A stretch of 57,322 bases of DNA from a virus (lineage: Duplodnaviria > Caudoviricetes). Below, piece after piece: positions 17,267-28,277 of the stretch. Positions within the stretch are counted from its first letter, which is position 1. Every line of letters starts with the position of its first letter. The notes beneath the pieces are model-generated. The model made no database searches. It was not told the origin of the DNA and saw only the letters and a program-made list of their open reading frames with translations. Made by a program: the position numbers and the translations under genes. The stretch spans positions 1-57,322 of IMG/VR virus record IMGVR_UViG_3300046028_008890; one strand, written 5' to 3'.

Positions 17267-18367
17267 ATGGCTGTTTATAAAATATTTCCTGAAAAGAGCG
17301 CTACTCTTTATTCATACTATCCAACCCTCAATGCGGGTATAGATGAAATACTAGAAGTTAGTACCTATTATTCAATACAGGGTACTAATGAAGTATCCCG
17401 TCCTATTATTAAATTCCCATCTGATCAAATATCAGATATAATTACTAATAAAATCAGTAGTAGTGCTTTTGATGTTTACTTAAAATTGTATTTAGCTAAC
17501 GCTTCTGAAATTCCTACAAACTATACATTATTTATTCATCCTTTATCTAAGGATTGGAATGTAGGAACTGGTAGATTAGGTAATTCTCCTATTACTACAG
17601 ATGGTGTTAGTTGGCAATATACAATAGAATCAGGTAGTGTTGTATGGACTACTGGTATATTTCCAACAGGAACAACAGGTTCATATAGTGCAACCGGAAC
17701 TGTAGGTGGTGGTGCGTGGTGGACAAGTTCTCTATATCAGTCAACACAATCATTTACTTTTATTTCTTCAAAAGATATTGAAACTAAAGTAACTAATACT
17801 GTATTAGCATGGAATAGTAGCTCAATAGCTAACTATGGATTCATCTTAAAACATTCATCATCTTTAGAATTTACTAATGTTGATAAGTTTGAAACTAAAT
17901 ATTTTTCAGGCAATACTCACACTATTTATCCTCCTGCTCTTGAATTTAGATGGAATGATTCAGTATATAATACAGGTTCATTAACCGTAGTAACTTCAAG
18001 TTTATTTGCCCTTACATTAGGAAATAATAAAGCAGAATATCAACAAGACTCAGTTCAACGTTTTAGAGTAAATGTAAGAGATCAATATCCTTCAACAACA
18101 TTTAGAACTACATTAAGCTATACTAATTCAAAAGCTTTACCTTCTTCTTCATATTGGTCAATAAAAGATTTGGACACTGAAGAAATTGTCGTAGATTATG
18201 ATACATCATATACTAAAATAAGTTGTGGAACTGCGGGTAATTATTTTGATATTTATATGAATGGATTAGAACCTGAACGTTACTATAAGGTTTTAATTAA
18301 ATCTGTTTTTTCAAACGGTGAAACAACAGTGTTTGATGAAAATTACATTTTTAAAGTTATAAGATAA
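17267..18367 (+). CDS. putative virion structural protein
   Basis: Beta-rich S/T-rich protein in the tail operon. Confidence 0.7.
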   Translation: MAVYKIFPEKSATLYSYYPTLNAGIDEILEVSTYYSIQGTNEVSRPIIKFPSDQISDIITNKISSSAFDVYLKLYLANASEIPTNYTLFIHPLSKDWNVGTGRLGNSPITTDGVSWQYTIESGSVVWTTGIFPTGTTGSYSATGTVGGGAWWTSSLYQSTQSFTFISSKDIETKVTNTVLAWNSSSIANYGFILKHSSSLEFTNVDKFETKYFSGNTHTIYPPALEFRWNDSVYNTGSLTVVTSSLFALTLGNNKAEYQQDSVQRFRVNVRDQYPSTTFRTTLSYTNSKALPSSSYWSIKDLDTEEIVVDYDTSYTKISCGTAGNYFDIYMNGLEPERYYKVLIKSVFSNGETTVFDENYIFKVIR

Positions 18368-18696
18368 TGTCCCAAATCCCAGTTCAAAAAACTGTATTTA
18401 GTAAAGACTCATATAATAGAGTAATTGATACTCAATTTAGTCAACTAATAACTCAAGAAGATGAACCCTTATCTTTTTCAGTTGATGACTTTTTTGAATT
18501 ATATGATCAACTATTTTATCAAATTCCTCGAGAGGGAGAAACAAATTCTCATCAATATATTTTACAGAGGGAAGCAGATTATCTAAGTATTAGTATTAGT
18601 CAAGAAGATGTACAAGCATTATTAGATGAAATAACATCTTTAAGACAACAAGTATTAGATACTCAAACAATAATAAACGATTTGACTAAACAATAA
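18367..18696 (+). CDS. hypothetical structural protein
   Basis: Translationally coupled ORF. Confidence 0.75.
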   Translation: MSQIPVQKTVFSKDSYNRVIDTQFSQLITQEDEPLSFSVDDFFELYDQLFYQIPREGETNSHQYILQREADYLSISISQEDVQALLDEITSLRQQVLDTQTIINDLTKQ

Positions 18697-21600
18697 TGGC
18701 GGATAATATTAAAATAATAGGTGAAATTTTAAATACTCAACAGGTATCTCGTTATGATGAGGCTGACCTTAATTTATTTTTACCACAAATATTAAAAGAA
18801 GATTTTGGTCAACAAAATGATTATATTGAATATTTTGTTTATGATGCGGGTAATAATCTTTTAAATATTAATTATAGTTATAAAGATTTTAAATCTCCTA
18901 GTACCTCCTTTGTAGACCCAAATACAAATGCTTTACCTATTATTGAAATAGATCCTGTTAAGGATTTACAAACTTTAGGATATTCATCTGGTGAATTTAT
19001 AGTTCAATATAATATATTTAACAATAGAATTTCAAATCCAAGTGCTGAATTATTCTTAAAAGAAATATCAGCAGATAGAACTGAATTAAGAGTAGGATCT
19101 ACAATCTTAACAAATCAACAAATAGAAGATGCTGCTTTATCCCTTATAAACGAAGCAACTGGATCTTCTTATTTTATTGATCATCTTATAAATTTTGGTG
19201 ACAACATACAAGCAGTAGCTATAAATGTTGCTCTTAATAAAGTAGATTCTGGTTATGAAATTTTATTTAAGTTATATCAACCCCTACCTGATAATATACA
19301 GGAAAAATCTACCTTATGGGTTGTTAATGAAAAGGCAAACCCATATGTTTTTGATATTAACCTGGATAAATTAATTACCCCAGCTCCGGGTCCACAATTA
19401 AGAGGTCCTAACTTTGCTATCGATATACCTAATCAAAATAACATTGCTACTTCTTATCAAACATATAATAGTTTAGTAAGTAGTTTACAAAATATTTCAT
19501 CATCATATCAACAACTTTTAAATTTAATAAATTCACAAAGTACTGATATTAATACCAACTACACTAATTTTAATAACTTTATATTTTTTAGTTCGGCTAA
19601 ACAGAGAGTTATTAATTTTTATAATAAAGTAAAGCAAATTGAAGATTATAGAAATACTATAACAACATATACTCCTTTAACATCTAGTTATCCCAATTTA
19701 ATTTATGATTTAAATTCAGCTACAGCTAGCATAAACGATACTATAGTTAATTTTGATGGATTTGAATATTATTTATATTTTGAAAGTGGTTCTACTTTAA
19801 CATCATCTTTAGAATTTGAAATTACTCCTTATCCTAAATCTAGCTCATTAAAACCATTTACTTTATATTCAACTGGATCTAATTTAGTTAATACTTGGTA
19901 TGGTGCTACTACTGCTAGTGCATATGATTATGATGATTATAATCAAAATAATCTAACAAATACTGTTCCTTCATTTATTAAAGATGATGGAAATAATGAT
20001 CAATATATAACCTTCCTTAATATGGTAGGTCATTATTTTGATAATATTTGGATTTTCCTAAATGCTATTACTGATATAAACTTAGCAAATAACAACCTAG
20101 AACAAGGTATTTCTAAAGATTTAGTATACACTACACTACAATCACTAGGAATAAAATTATATAACAAATATGGAGATTCAGATAATATTCCTTTTCTAAT
20201 AGGAAATAATGGTAGTTCTAGTTTTGATAACAATTTTACCCCTACAGGTTCCTATTTAAATTCAATTCCTCAAAAAGATTTACTTGTTGAATCTTATAAA
20301 CGTATTTATCATAATTTACCTTTACTATTAAAAACTAAAGGAACAACTTATGGATTACAAACATTAATATCTGCATTTGGTATTACTAGTAGTATATTGA
20401 ATGTTAAAGAATACGGTGGTGATTTAAAAAATAGTACTTTAGACGAATATAATACTGATAAAGTAAGGATAGTTACTAATGATATAGTAACTGGGAGTGT
20501 ATTGTCACCCTATATTAGTTTACAACAGCAACCAACATTACCTGCGCTATTTAGGACCGATGATCTACATTACGTTGATGTTTCATTCTCTCCTGAGACT
20601 CAAATAGATACATATGCAGCATCGCGTATTGCTTCTACTGACCCCTCATGGGCTTTAGACAACTATATTGGAGATCCAAGACAATTATATAGTAGTTCTT
20701 ATAGTGACTTAAATACTCAACGTAATATTTATTATAACTTTACAGCATCTAATATGGATTACTCTGGATTTATCCGATTAATTCAATTTTTTGATAATTC
20801 ATTATTTAAAATGGTAAAAGATTTTGTTCCTGCAAGAGCAAATCTTTCAACCGGTGTTACTATTAATTCTCCTGTATTAGAGAGAAATAAATGGTCTTAT
20901 TCTAATCCTAGTTCTACTTCTGAAATAGAAGTAATGGATGCTATTTTAGAAGGTCCTTCAATTAGTACGGAATATACAAACATATATCAAGGATTAACAG
21001 GTAGCAGAGGTTCATATTATACCGGAGAATTTAGTGGTAGTGTAATTAGATATGGTAATGATTGGATAGAAAGAAACTTTAATCCATATTTAAATTCTAC
21101 TGCTAGTTTAACTAATAGCATATATGCATTCGAACATTCTGAATTTAATATTTTATTAAATAATGTATCTGCAAGTAGATTATCTAATACTAGGCAAGAT
21201 ATAGAATATATCTTTGGCACTACAGGAAGCATATTAACACCTGCTTATTTGCAAGATTCAAATGAATCTCTTACTTCTTATAACAGATCAAGATATGAAG
21301 GTGTTAAAATAAGTAGTTTATTATACAGTAACTATACTAGTGCTTCCTCTACCTATGCTGGTGATAATTCATATGGTAAAACAGCAACGATTGATAAAAA
21401 TGTAAGAAAAATAGGATTATTTACAGACATAATAGAATCAGTATTCTTGCCTGGTAGAAATAAAGCTAGTTTAAAATATCTTGTAGATGAATATGGTGGG
21501 TTGACAGAATTAAACCAACGTAATAAACATTGGGAAGAAGTACAACGAACATTTATTGCAGGTGATTATCTAAATGTATCTCAATTTGATAATCAAAAAT

Positions 21601-22439
21601 CAAGTAATCAAAAAACAACAGACGGTAATAAGATTATATTTGATAGTGGTTATTCATATAATCCTATATTATATTTTTCTACATGTAGTGTAGATCCTAC
21701 ATTATATTTTGAAAATTTAAGTGGAGCCAGTTCTTATCTAGCAACCGCCCTTAATTCAAGTTCTTCTCTATATATAAGTGGTTCACCTGTACTTGGATTT
21801 CCTTTAAGTGCAAGTTATGTTCCTAGTATTTTTAATGTAGTACAAGAAGGAGCAGCTTATTTTAAATCTGGTGATTTTACTTCACACCCTTCATATTCGG
21901 TACAAGAATTTGGAAATCATAAAATACAAGCATCTTTTGATCTTTCATTAGAATTATCCGGAAGTAGTCAAAGTGCTACTTGGTCTTTACAAGTGTTTAA
22001 AAATGGATCTACATTATTATATGAATCTGAACAAGTATTTTACACTGCTGCCCCTCCGGGAACTGCAGGTTCATTAACAGCTTCAATAAACACCAGTACA
22101 TATTCTAAATATAGTGTTTATTTCTCAGCAATAACAGCAGCTACTCTTGAAGTTAGTGGTAGTGTCCCTACTAGCAATGAACAGTCTAGTATTGGACCCT
22201 TAGGAATAACAGTTCCAACATCATTAGGAGTAGAGATTAAAAAAATGAATAATGGTGGGCTTCTTGTAGATCCTTTAGTAGTAGAAATAAAAGTTAACGG
22301 TACTACTAAATCGGGAACTTATAGTAGACCAGCAGATGATACTATACCTTCTTATGTTAATATAATAGGAGGAGGAGGAATTGACTATATAACAATCCAA
22401 CCAGGTGATAATATAGAAGTATTAATATTAGAAGCATAA
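18696..22439 (+). CDS. large baseplate/tail protein
   Basis: 1247 aa; LLLKTKGT..GLQTLIS.FG resembles a baseplate wedge/tail-I motif. Confidence 0.7.
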   Translation: MADNIKIIGEILNTQQVSRYDEADLNLFLPQILKEDFGQQNDYIEYFVYDAGNNLLNINYSYKDFKSPSTSFVDPNTNALPIIEIDPVKDLQTLGYSSGEFIVQYNIFNNRISNPSAELFLKEISADRTELRVGSTILTNQQIEDAALSLINEATGSSYFIDHLINFGDNIQAVAINVALNKVDSGYEILFKLYQPLPDNIQEKSTLWVVNEKANPYVFDINLDKLITPAPGPQLRGPNFAIDIPNQNNIATSYQTYNSLVSSLQNISSSYQQLLNLINSQSTDINTNYTNFNNFIFFSSAKQRVINFYNKVKQIEDYRNTITTYTPLTSSYPNLIYDLNSATASINDTIVNFDGFEYYLYFESGSTLTSSLEFEITPYPKSSSLKPFTLYSTGSNLVNTWYGATTASAYDYDDYNQNNLTNTVPSFIKDDGNNDQYITFLNMVGHYFDNIWIFLNAITDINLANNNLEQGISKDLVYTTLQSLGIKLYNKYGDSDNIPFLIGNNGSSSFDNNFTPTGSYLNSIPQKDLLVESYKRIYHNLPLLLKTKGTTYGLQTLISAFGITSSILNVKEYGGDLKNSTLDEYNTDKVRIVTNDIVTGSVLSPYISLQQQPTLPALFRTDDLHYVDVSFSPETQIDTYAASRIASTDPSWALDNYIGDPRQLYSSSYSDLNTQRNIYYNFTASNMDYSGFIRLIQFFDNSLFKMVKDFVPARANLSTGVTINSPVLERNKWSYSNPSSTSEIEVMDAILEGPSISTEYTNIYQGLTGSRGSYYTGEFSGSVIRYGNDWIERNFNPYLNSTASLTNSIYAFEHSEFNILLNNVSASRLSNTRQDIEYIFGTTGSILTPAYLQDSNESLTSYNRSRYEGVKISSLLYSNYTSASSTYAGDNSYGKTATIDKNVRKIGLFTDIIESVFLPGRNKASLKYLVDEYGGLTELNQRNKHWEEVQRTFIAGDYLNVSQFDNQKSSNQKTTDGNKIIFDSGYSYNPILYFSTCSVDPTLYFENLSGASSYLATALNSSSSLYISGSPVLGFPLSASYVPSIFNVVQEGAAYFKSGDFTSHPSYSVQEFGNHKIQASFDLSLELSGSSQSATWSLQVFKNGSTLLYESEQVFYTAAPPGTAGSLTASINTSTYSKYSVYFSAITAATLEVSGSVPTSNEQSSIGPLGITVPTSLGVEIKKMNNGGLLVDPLVVEIKVNGTTKSGTYSRPADDTIPSYVNIIGGGGIDYITIQPGDNIEVLILEA

Positions 22440-22441
22440 TT

Positions 22442-23173
22442 ATGGCATCCGAAACAAAAACATTTAGTATAAATCAAGCATCTGTTCCTTTAGAAAAAGG
22501 AGATACACTAACATTTAAATTTGTAGTAAAAAATACATCTACTAATAATTTTACTGCATCTCTATCAGCAGGGTCATTAAATGTATCTTCATTATCTGTA
22601 GCTACAGGGTATGCTTCCCTTAATTGTCCCTACTTTAATTCAGCTTCGCTTTCAAGTTCTGCTGAAAATACTTTATACAGTGATGAAATTGTATTTGGTT
22701 CTGGTATAAGTAATTTTCATGATAGAAATTATTTATTTGTTCCTAATCCTCTTACAGGATCCTTAAATAGTTTATATTCAACCTATGGAGATGTAGATTA
22801 TAAATTTGTTATTAAACCATATGATATAGTATTGACTTATTTATCTGATGGTACTTATGTTGAATCTAGCATAACACGTGTTTTTATTGATGGTAATAAC
22901 TTATTAAGATTAAAATTAACTTCTCCTTTATCTACATTATATCGTAATAATTTAATGTCTGGCTCTTTTCAGAGATTTTTATTACTTTCCAGATTAGAAG
23001 ATGAAAACAATGCTTTTTTAACCTTTAGAAAACGTGAAGGTGCCACATCGTATGGATTTTTAATTCCTCAAAACATAGCACCTGATGTACTAGATAATAT
23101 AGATACTATTACTAAAGAGGTAAAATTAAAACTCCTATCAGATCAATCAGCAATAACAATAAATACTTTTTAA
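22442..23173 (+). CDS. tail/baseplate-associated protein
   Basis: Coupled ORF, beta-rich. Confidence 0.7.
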   Translation: MASETKTFSINQASVPLEKGDTLTFKFVVKNTSTNNFTASLSAGSLNVSSLSVATGYASLNCPYFNSASLSSSAENTLYSDEIVFGSGISNFHDRNYLFVPNPLTGSLNSLYSTYGDVDYKFVIKPYDIVLTYLSDGTYVESSITRVFIDGNNLLRLKLTSPLSTLYRNNLMSGSFQRFLLLSRLEDENNAFLTFRKREGATSYGFLIPQNIAPDVLDNIDTITKEVKLKLLSDQSAITINTF

Positions 23174-23218
23174 AAAATTTATAACTTAATATATTTATAT
23201 CATATACAATAGAAACTT

Positions 23219-23881
23219 ATGGCAATTTTAAATCCTACAACAATAACTGTAGACGCAATATTAACCACAAAAGGTCGCGAATTATTAGCTCGAAATGATG
23301 GGTCTTTTCAAATAACACAGTTTGCATTAGCAGATGATGAAATTGATTATACATTATATAATCCAACACATCCTTCTGGTTCTGCATTTTATGGTCAAGC
23401 AATTGAAAATACTCCTGTATTAGAAGCATTTCCTGAAGATTCACAAACGATGCGTTATAAACTAGTAACATTACCTCGTGGTACTTCACGTTTACCTGTT
23501 ATTAATATAGGATATACTAGTGTTACTCTTAAACAAGGGGCTTCATTAACTATCACTCCACAAACTCTTAATTATTTAGGAGCCACAAGTACATTTGAAT
23601 CAAACGGATATATAGCTACAATTGCTGATTCTCGTTTAGTATCTACCTTTAGTGGTACTGGTATAACAACTACTACTCCTATTTCAGGACTAAATACAAC
23701 TACAGGTACTGTACTATCAGTAACACAAGTTGGAACTTCATTTACATTAACAGGAACAACTATTAATACATTATTTGGATCTACTTTGTCTACCCTAACA
23801 ACTACACTTACCGTGATTGGTAGAGACAGTGGTGCTAGAATTACTATACCTTTGAATATTCAAAAAGTATCAACAAACTAA
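23219..23881 (+). CDS. tail-collar/baseplate structural protein
   Basis: AILTTKGRELLA...ITQFALADDE motif. Confidence 0.65.
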   Translation: MAILNPTTITVDAILTTKGRELLARNDGSFQITQFALADDEIDYTLYNPTHPSGSAFYGQAIENTPVLEAFPEDSQTMRYKLVTLPRGTSRLPVINIGYTSVTLKQGASLTITPQTLNYLGATSTFESNGYIATIADSRLVSTFSGTGITTTTPISGLNTTTGTVLSVTQVGTSFTLTGTTINTLFGSTLSTLTTTLTVIGRDSGARITIPLNIQKVSTN

Positions 23882-23889
23882 TATAAACT

Positions 23890-24822
23890 ATGTCATTTTC
23901 AAGATATAATACAGAAGATCAAGTAATAAGTTCAGAAACCGTAGTACGGGGGTTATGGAGTGGTGATCAATATCAATTAGCACCTCCCTTTACTACTCAA
24001 AGTAATGCTACTGAATATTACATAGATGTATATGACTCAACCCCGGCAGTACAATTTAGTATTCAATATGGTAATTTATATGGATCTGGATCTATTGCAA
24101 TAAATGCTTTAGTTACTGGTAGTTCTCCATCTCGTATTGTGTATGGACAATATAGAAATTTAGTATATGGCACTGAAAACACTAATTTTTCATTTAATAA
24201 TTCTGTAACAGCAAGTAGTATTTATGTAATTAATGTTGCTCGCTCACGTTATAAAGAAAGTTTACTTCCTGGCTCTTTTGAATTAAAGCTATCAGCAGCA
24301 TCAGGAATTACATTAATAGATGATAGTACAACTACTAATTTATCTCGTTTTCTTGGTGAAAATAGGTATTATAATGTAATTAGTGGTAGTATAGCTAGTG
24401 GTTCTTTTAGTACAGCTACAAATTATGGTTTTTTCTTTCCGGATTTAGGAGTAATAATTTTAGATTCTGGAAGTCTATCAGGCAAAATAGCAGCTCCTGG
24501 AGTATCATATAATGCAAGTAAATTATATGATTCTATTATAGCTGGAGGTAGTTTTAAATTAAAATCATCTGAAACTGTATCATCAACATATTTCTTTACT
24601 CGTGTAAAAAATAGTGAATTTAATTATACTACTAACCCATCTATTATAGATGATAATGGTAATTTATTATATACAACATTAATTAATAGTCCTCAAACGT
24701 TTCCAACAACTGTAGGATTATATAATGATAATAATGAATTATTAGCAGTAGCTAAAATGAGTAGACCTCTAACAAAAGATTTTACTAAAGAAGCATTAAT
24801 AAGAATTAAGATAGATTACTAA
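23890..24822 (+). CDS. tail/baseplate structural protein
   Basis: C-terminal TTVGLYNDNNELLAVAK motif. Confidence 0.7.
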   Translation: MSFSRYNTEDQVISSETVVRGLWSGDQYQLAPPFTTQSNATEYYIDVYDSTPAVQFSIQYGNLYGSGSIAINALVTGSSPSRIVYGQYRNLVYGTENTNFSFNNSVTASSIYVINVARSRYKESLLPGSFELKLSAASGITLIDDSTTTNLSRFLGENRYYNVISGSIASGSFSTATNYGFFFPDLGVIILDSGSLSGKIAAPGVSYNASKLYDSIIAGGSFKLKSSETVSSTYFFTRVKNSEFNYTTNPSIIDDNGNLLYTTLINSPQTFPTTVGLYNDNNELLAVAKMSRPLTKDFTKEALIRIKIDY

Positions 24823-24827
24823 TATGT

Positions 24828-26069
24828 ATGGCATCATTCAAAAAGTTAAGCAAATCAGACGTTACATTTGTACCTTACTATGCTAATAAGCAATGGACTA
24901 TTTCTATTGATTGCTTTCCAACATCTAATGAATATTTAACCATATATAAAGGAACTAATTTTACTGGTAGTTTTTCCTCAGGCAGCGATCCAAAAAGTGA
25001 AGGACAATATGAGCGTTTATTGTATAGTCAAATAAATCAACTATTCTATCAAAAGTATACAACTTTATTAAATACATCTTCACTAGTTAATTCAATTTAT
25101 TACGAATCAGCTTCACAACAAAGACCTACACAATCATATTTTATATATAATGATAGTGCTAGATTAGTTGAAAACTTCCCTACAGGCGCTATGGAAGGTA
25201 TTCGAGTATTAGCAATTAATCAAGGTGTATTTGGTGATAAAATATTACCAAACACATTTATATTATCTTCTTCTGCTTATAGAGTAGTAGATGATGGATA
25301 TGGTAATCTATATGATTCACAATCTAGTAATACTCATATAGGAAATATATTTTATGCTCATGGATTAGGAATAATTACTAATCAGGATTATCAATTAATG
25401 TTTCCTACATCATCTGATGATTGTCTCCCTACTACTACAACAACTAGTACAACCACAACATCAACAACTGCGCCACCAACAACTACAACAACTACAACAA
25501 CAACTGCAGCTCCAACTACTACTACTAGTACTACAACTAGTACAACTACGGCACCAACAACTACTAGCACAACAACTAGTACAACTACGGCACCAACAAC
25601 TACTAGTACAACAACTACTACTACCACGGCTGCACCTACAACGACAACTAGTACAACAACAACGACTACAACTGCGGAGCCTACTACTACAACCACAACA
25701 ACAACTACATCAACAACTACTAGCACTACAACGGAGGCTCCTGAAACAATAACAATTACGGCATGTGCCGGTGTTCAAGCTAATGGCTCAGGCAATGTTG
25801 TAGCATATGCGTATGCTAGTGCTCCTGTAGATACTAACGTTACAGTTGATCTTACTTGGACAGCTGCTGATACAAGTACTATTAGTGGAACTGCTACAAT
25901 ACTAGCAGGAGAAACATGTGGAACAATAACATTAACAGGGGCTGATCCTAATGAGACTGGATCTAATTTGGAAATTACATCAATCACCCCAGGAACGTTT
26001 GGTAATCAAACGTATGTTGAAGGTACAGAAACCTTATCTTCATCTTGCATAACATGTCCTATACCGTAA
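24828..26069 (+). CDS. tail protein: N-half paralogous to 23890, Thr-rich stalk, Cys-bounded beta domain
   Basis: About 100-aa T/S/A/P tract between globular parts. Confidence 0.8.
   Translation: MASFKKLSKSDVTFVPYYANKQWTISIDCFPTSNEYLTIYKGTNFTGSFSSGSDPKSEGQYERLLYSQINQLFYQKYTTLLNTSSLVNSIYYESASQQRPTQSYFIYNDSARLVENFPTGAMEGIRVLAINQGVFGDKILPNTFILSSSAYRVVDDGYGNLYDSQSSNTHIGNIFYAHGLGIITNQDYQLMFPTSSDDCLPTTTTTSTTTTSTTAPPTTTTTTTTTAAPTTTTSTTTSTTTAPTTTSTTTSTTTAPTTTSTTTTTTTAAPTTTTSTTTTTTTAEPTTTTTTTTTSTTTSTTTEAPETITITACAGVQANGSGNVVAYAYASAPVDTNVTVDLTWTAADTSTISGTATILAGETCGTITLTGADPNETGSNLEITSITPGTFGNQTYVEGTETLSSSCITCPIP
25428..25745 (+). repeat. Thr-codon (ACN) low-complexity repeat with a 39-bp tandem duplication
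   Basis: acaactagtacaactacggcaccaacaactactag at 25533 and 25572. Confidence 0.9.
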
Positions 26070-26086
26070 ATAAATAAAAATTTGTT

Positions 26087-27028
26087 ATGAAAAATTTGCA
26101 TTACATTTGTGTTCAACCAAGAATACTTTATTATGCTTGGCAAGTTGAAGTTATGATTAATAACTTTGTTAAGCATGGGGTTAGTGGTAATGACATTGAT
26201 ATTTTAGTTGCTTGGAATCCTAATGATTTAACCTCAACTCCTGAAAATATAGAGATGTGGGATAAGTTAGTTAATAAGTATAATTATGTTCGTTTTTTCT
26301 TCTATCAAGATACTAGAGAGGATATGTCTTATATTCCATCAATTTATTTTAATATATTAAAACAACATATTCAAGCATACCCTGAATTATCTACTCAATC
26401 CCTATTTTTACATGATTCAGATATATTATTTACTAAACCAGTAGATTTTAGTTTTGCTTTGAATGATAATATATGGTATTTAAGTGATACCGTAGGTTAT
26501 ATAGGTACACAATATATTTTAACTAAAGGAGAGGATATTTATAGAGGTATGTGCAATCAAATAGGAATAGATCCTTTAATACCTAAACTACTCAACTCTA
26601 ATTCAGGGGGGGCTCAACATATTGTTAAAAATTCTACTTATGAATATTGGGATAAAGTAGAAAAAGACTCTATAAAATTATATAAATGGTTTTGTGAACA
26701 AGAACCATTATGGAAAGGTGAAGGATACCCAATACAAAAATGGACAGCAGGAATGTGGTCATTATTATGGAATGCTTGGTTATTTGAACATGAAACTAAA
26801 GTAGACAAACGATTAGATTTTTGTTGGGCAACTGATCCTATTTCTAAATGGGATGAAGTTTGTATATTCCATAATGCTGGTGTAACTGAGCATGGTAGAT
26901 TATTTATGAAAGGAAATTATACTAATTCATTACCTTATAATATAGAAAATACATTTGATTCCAATTTCTGCTCATATAATTATGTTAATGAAATAATAGA
27001 AACAACTCAAAAATCATGTCTACTATAA
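26087..27028 (+). CDS. putative glycosyltransferase (GT-A fold, resembling peptidyl-Ser/Hyp O-glycosyltransferases)
   Basis: YYAWQVEVMINNF, DSD (DxD), WTAGMW, FHNAG. Confidence 0.55.
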   Translation: MKNLHYICVQPRILYYAWQVEVMINNFVKHGVSGNDIDILVAWNPNDLTSTPENIEMWDKLVNKYNYVRFFFYQDTREDMSYIPSIYFNILKQHIQAYPELSTQSLFLHDSDILFTKPVDFSFALNDNIWYLSDTVGYIGTQYILTKGEDIYRGMCNQIGIDPLIPKLLNSNSGGAQHIVKNSTYEYWDKVEKDSIKLYKWFCEQEPLWKGEGYPIQKWTAGMWSLLWNAWLFEHETKVDKRLDFCWATDPISKWDEVCIFHNAGVTEHGRLFMKGNYTNSLPYNIENTFDSNFCSYNYVNEIIETTQKSCLL

Positions 27029-27765
27029 ATCTCCCTAAAGTATCCTGCATATGTCCTACATTTTCTAGAGCATATCTTCTAGAAGAAGCTCTTGAATCTT
27101 TTTTGAAACAAGACTATCAAGGAGAAAAAGAATTAATAATATATAATGATTTCTCCCAACAAGAATTTATATTTGAACACCCAGAAGTAAAAATAATTAA
27201 TTCCTCAGAAAGATCTCCTAATCTTGGACATAAATGGAATACAACTTATAAATATGCTACTGGAGAATATCTATTAACATGGGGAGATGATGACATTTAT
27301 CTACCAGGTAGAATAAGTAGAATGGTTAATAATTTAAATCAATCTGATTTTGTATATGAAGGTCCATTCTATATATTATATGGAGATGTTCTTTACAAAA
27401 AGACAGATCAAACTCAAGGAGCAAATATAGTTTCAAGAAAATTATTTGATGCTGTAGGAGGAATACCAGAAAAAAATACAGGAGAAGATGCTGCTTTTAA
27501 TAATAGAATAGCAGAATATTTACATAAATCTCTTGATGTTTGTAAAGATGAACCACAATTTTTATATAGGTGGTCATCACCAAGAAACCATATATCTCAA
27601 TTTGGAGAAGATAAAGAAGGTGAGACTACTAGCTATCAAAAAATGTTAGAAGCAGCAAATATATACATTGAATCTGGCAAAGAACCTAAGGGTGTTTATC
27701 ATTTAAATCCTCATTGGAAGTTAAATTGGATAGAAGAAGTAAAAACTGCTATTATAGAACCCTAA
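27016..27765 (+). CDS. glycosyltransferase family 2
   Basis: VSCICPTF.R...ELIIYND...GDDD...GED. Confidence 0.85.
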   Translation: MSTINLPKVSCICPTFSRAYLLEEALESFLKQDYQGEKELIIYNDFSQQEFIFEHPEVKIINSSERSPNLGHKWNTTYKYATGEYLLTWGDDDIYLPGRISRMVNNLNQSDFVYEGPFYILYGDVLYKKTDQTQGANIVSRKLFDAVGGIPEKNTGEDAAFNNRIAEYLHKSLDVCKDEPQFLYRWSSPRNHISQFGEDKEGETTSYQKMLEAANIYIESGKEPKGVYHLNPHWKLNWIEEVKTAIIEP

Positions 27766-27773
27766 CTAAAAAT

Positions 27774-28256
27774 ATGACTTATATTCACCCTACAGCTCTA
27801 ATTGAACCTAATGTAATAATCGAAGAAGATGTTTACATTGGACCTTATTGTATAATAGGATTTCCACCTGAATGGAAAAAAAGAGAAGAAGAAGGAAAGG
27901 GTGTAATAATTAAAAAAGGGACTAGATTAACTGGATTTGTAACAATAGATGCTGGAGCAGAAAGAAGAACAGAAATAGGTGAAAATTGTTATATAATGAA
28001 ATATGGTTATATTGCTCATGATTGTGTAATAGAAAATAATGTAACAATGAGTGCTGGTTCAAAACTAGCAGGTTTCTGTCACATTTCTGAAAATGTAAAT
28101 TTAGGAATGGGGGTAGCTATTCATCAAAAATCAACAATACCCCCAGGGGTAATGATAGGAATGAATGGAGTAGTAACTAAACAAAGTAAATTATTACCTA
28201 ATCAAAAATATGCAGGTATACCTGTTAAACATATAGGAAGCAATGAAAGACATTAA
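27774..28256 (+). CDS. hexapeptide-repeat (LbH) acyl/acetyltransferase, LpxA-like
   Basis: IHPTALIEPNVIIEEDVYIGPYCIIG, IAHDCVI; start moved to 27774. Confidence 0.85.
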   Translation: MTYIHPTALIEPNVIIEEDVYIGPYCIIGFPPEWKKREEEGKGVIIKKGTRLTGFVTIDAGAERRTEIGENCYIMKYGYIAHDCVIENNVTMSAGSKLAGFCHISENVNLGMGVAIHQKSTIPPGVMIGMNGVVTKQSKLLPNQKYAGIPVKHIGSNERH

Positions 28257-28277
28257 AATTTTCTAATATTTATATCC

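Noticed and set aside
25391-25752. Poly-Val (-) and Gln/Leu-rich (+) ORFs
   Set aside because: Alternate-frame shadows of the Thr repeat
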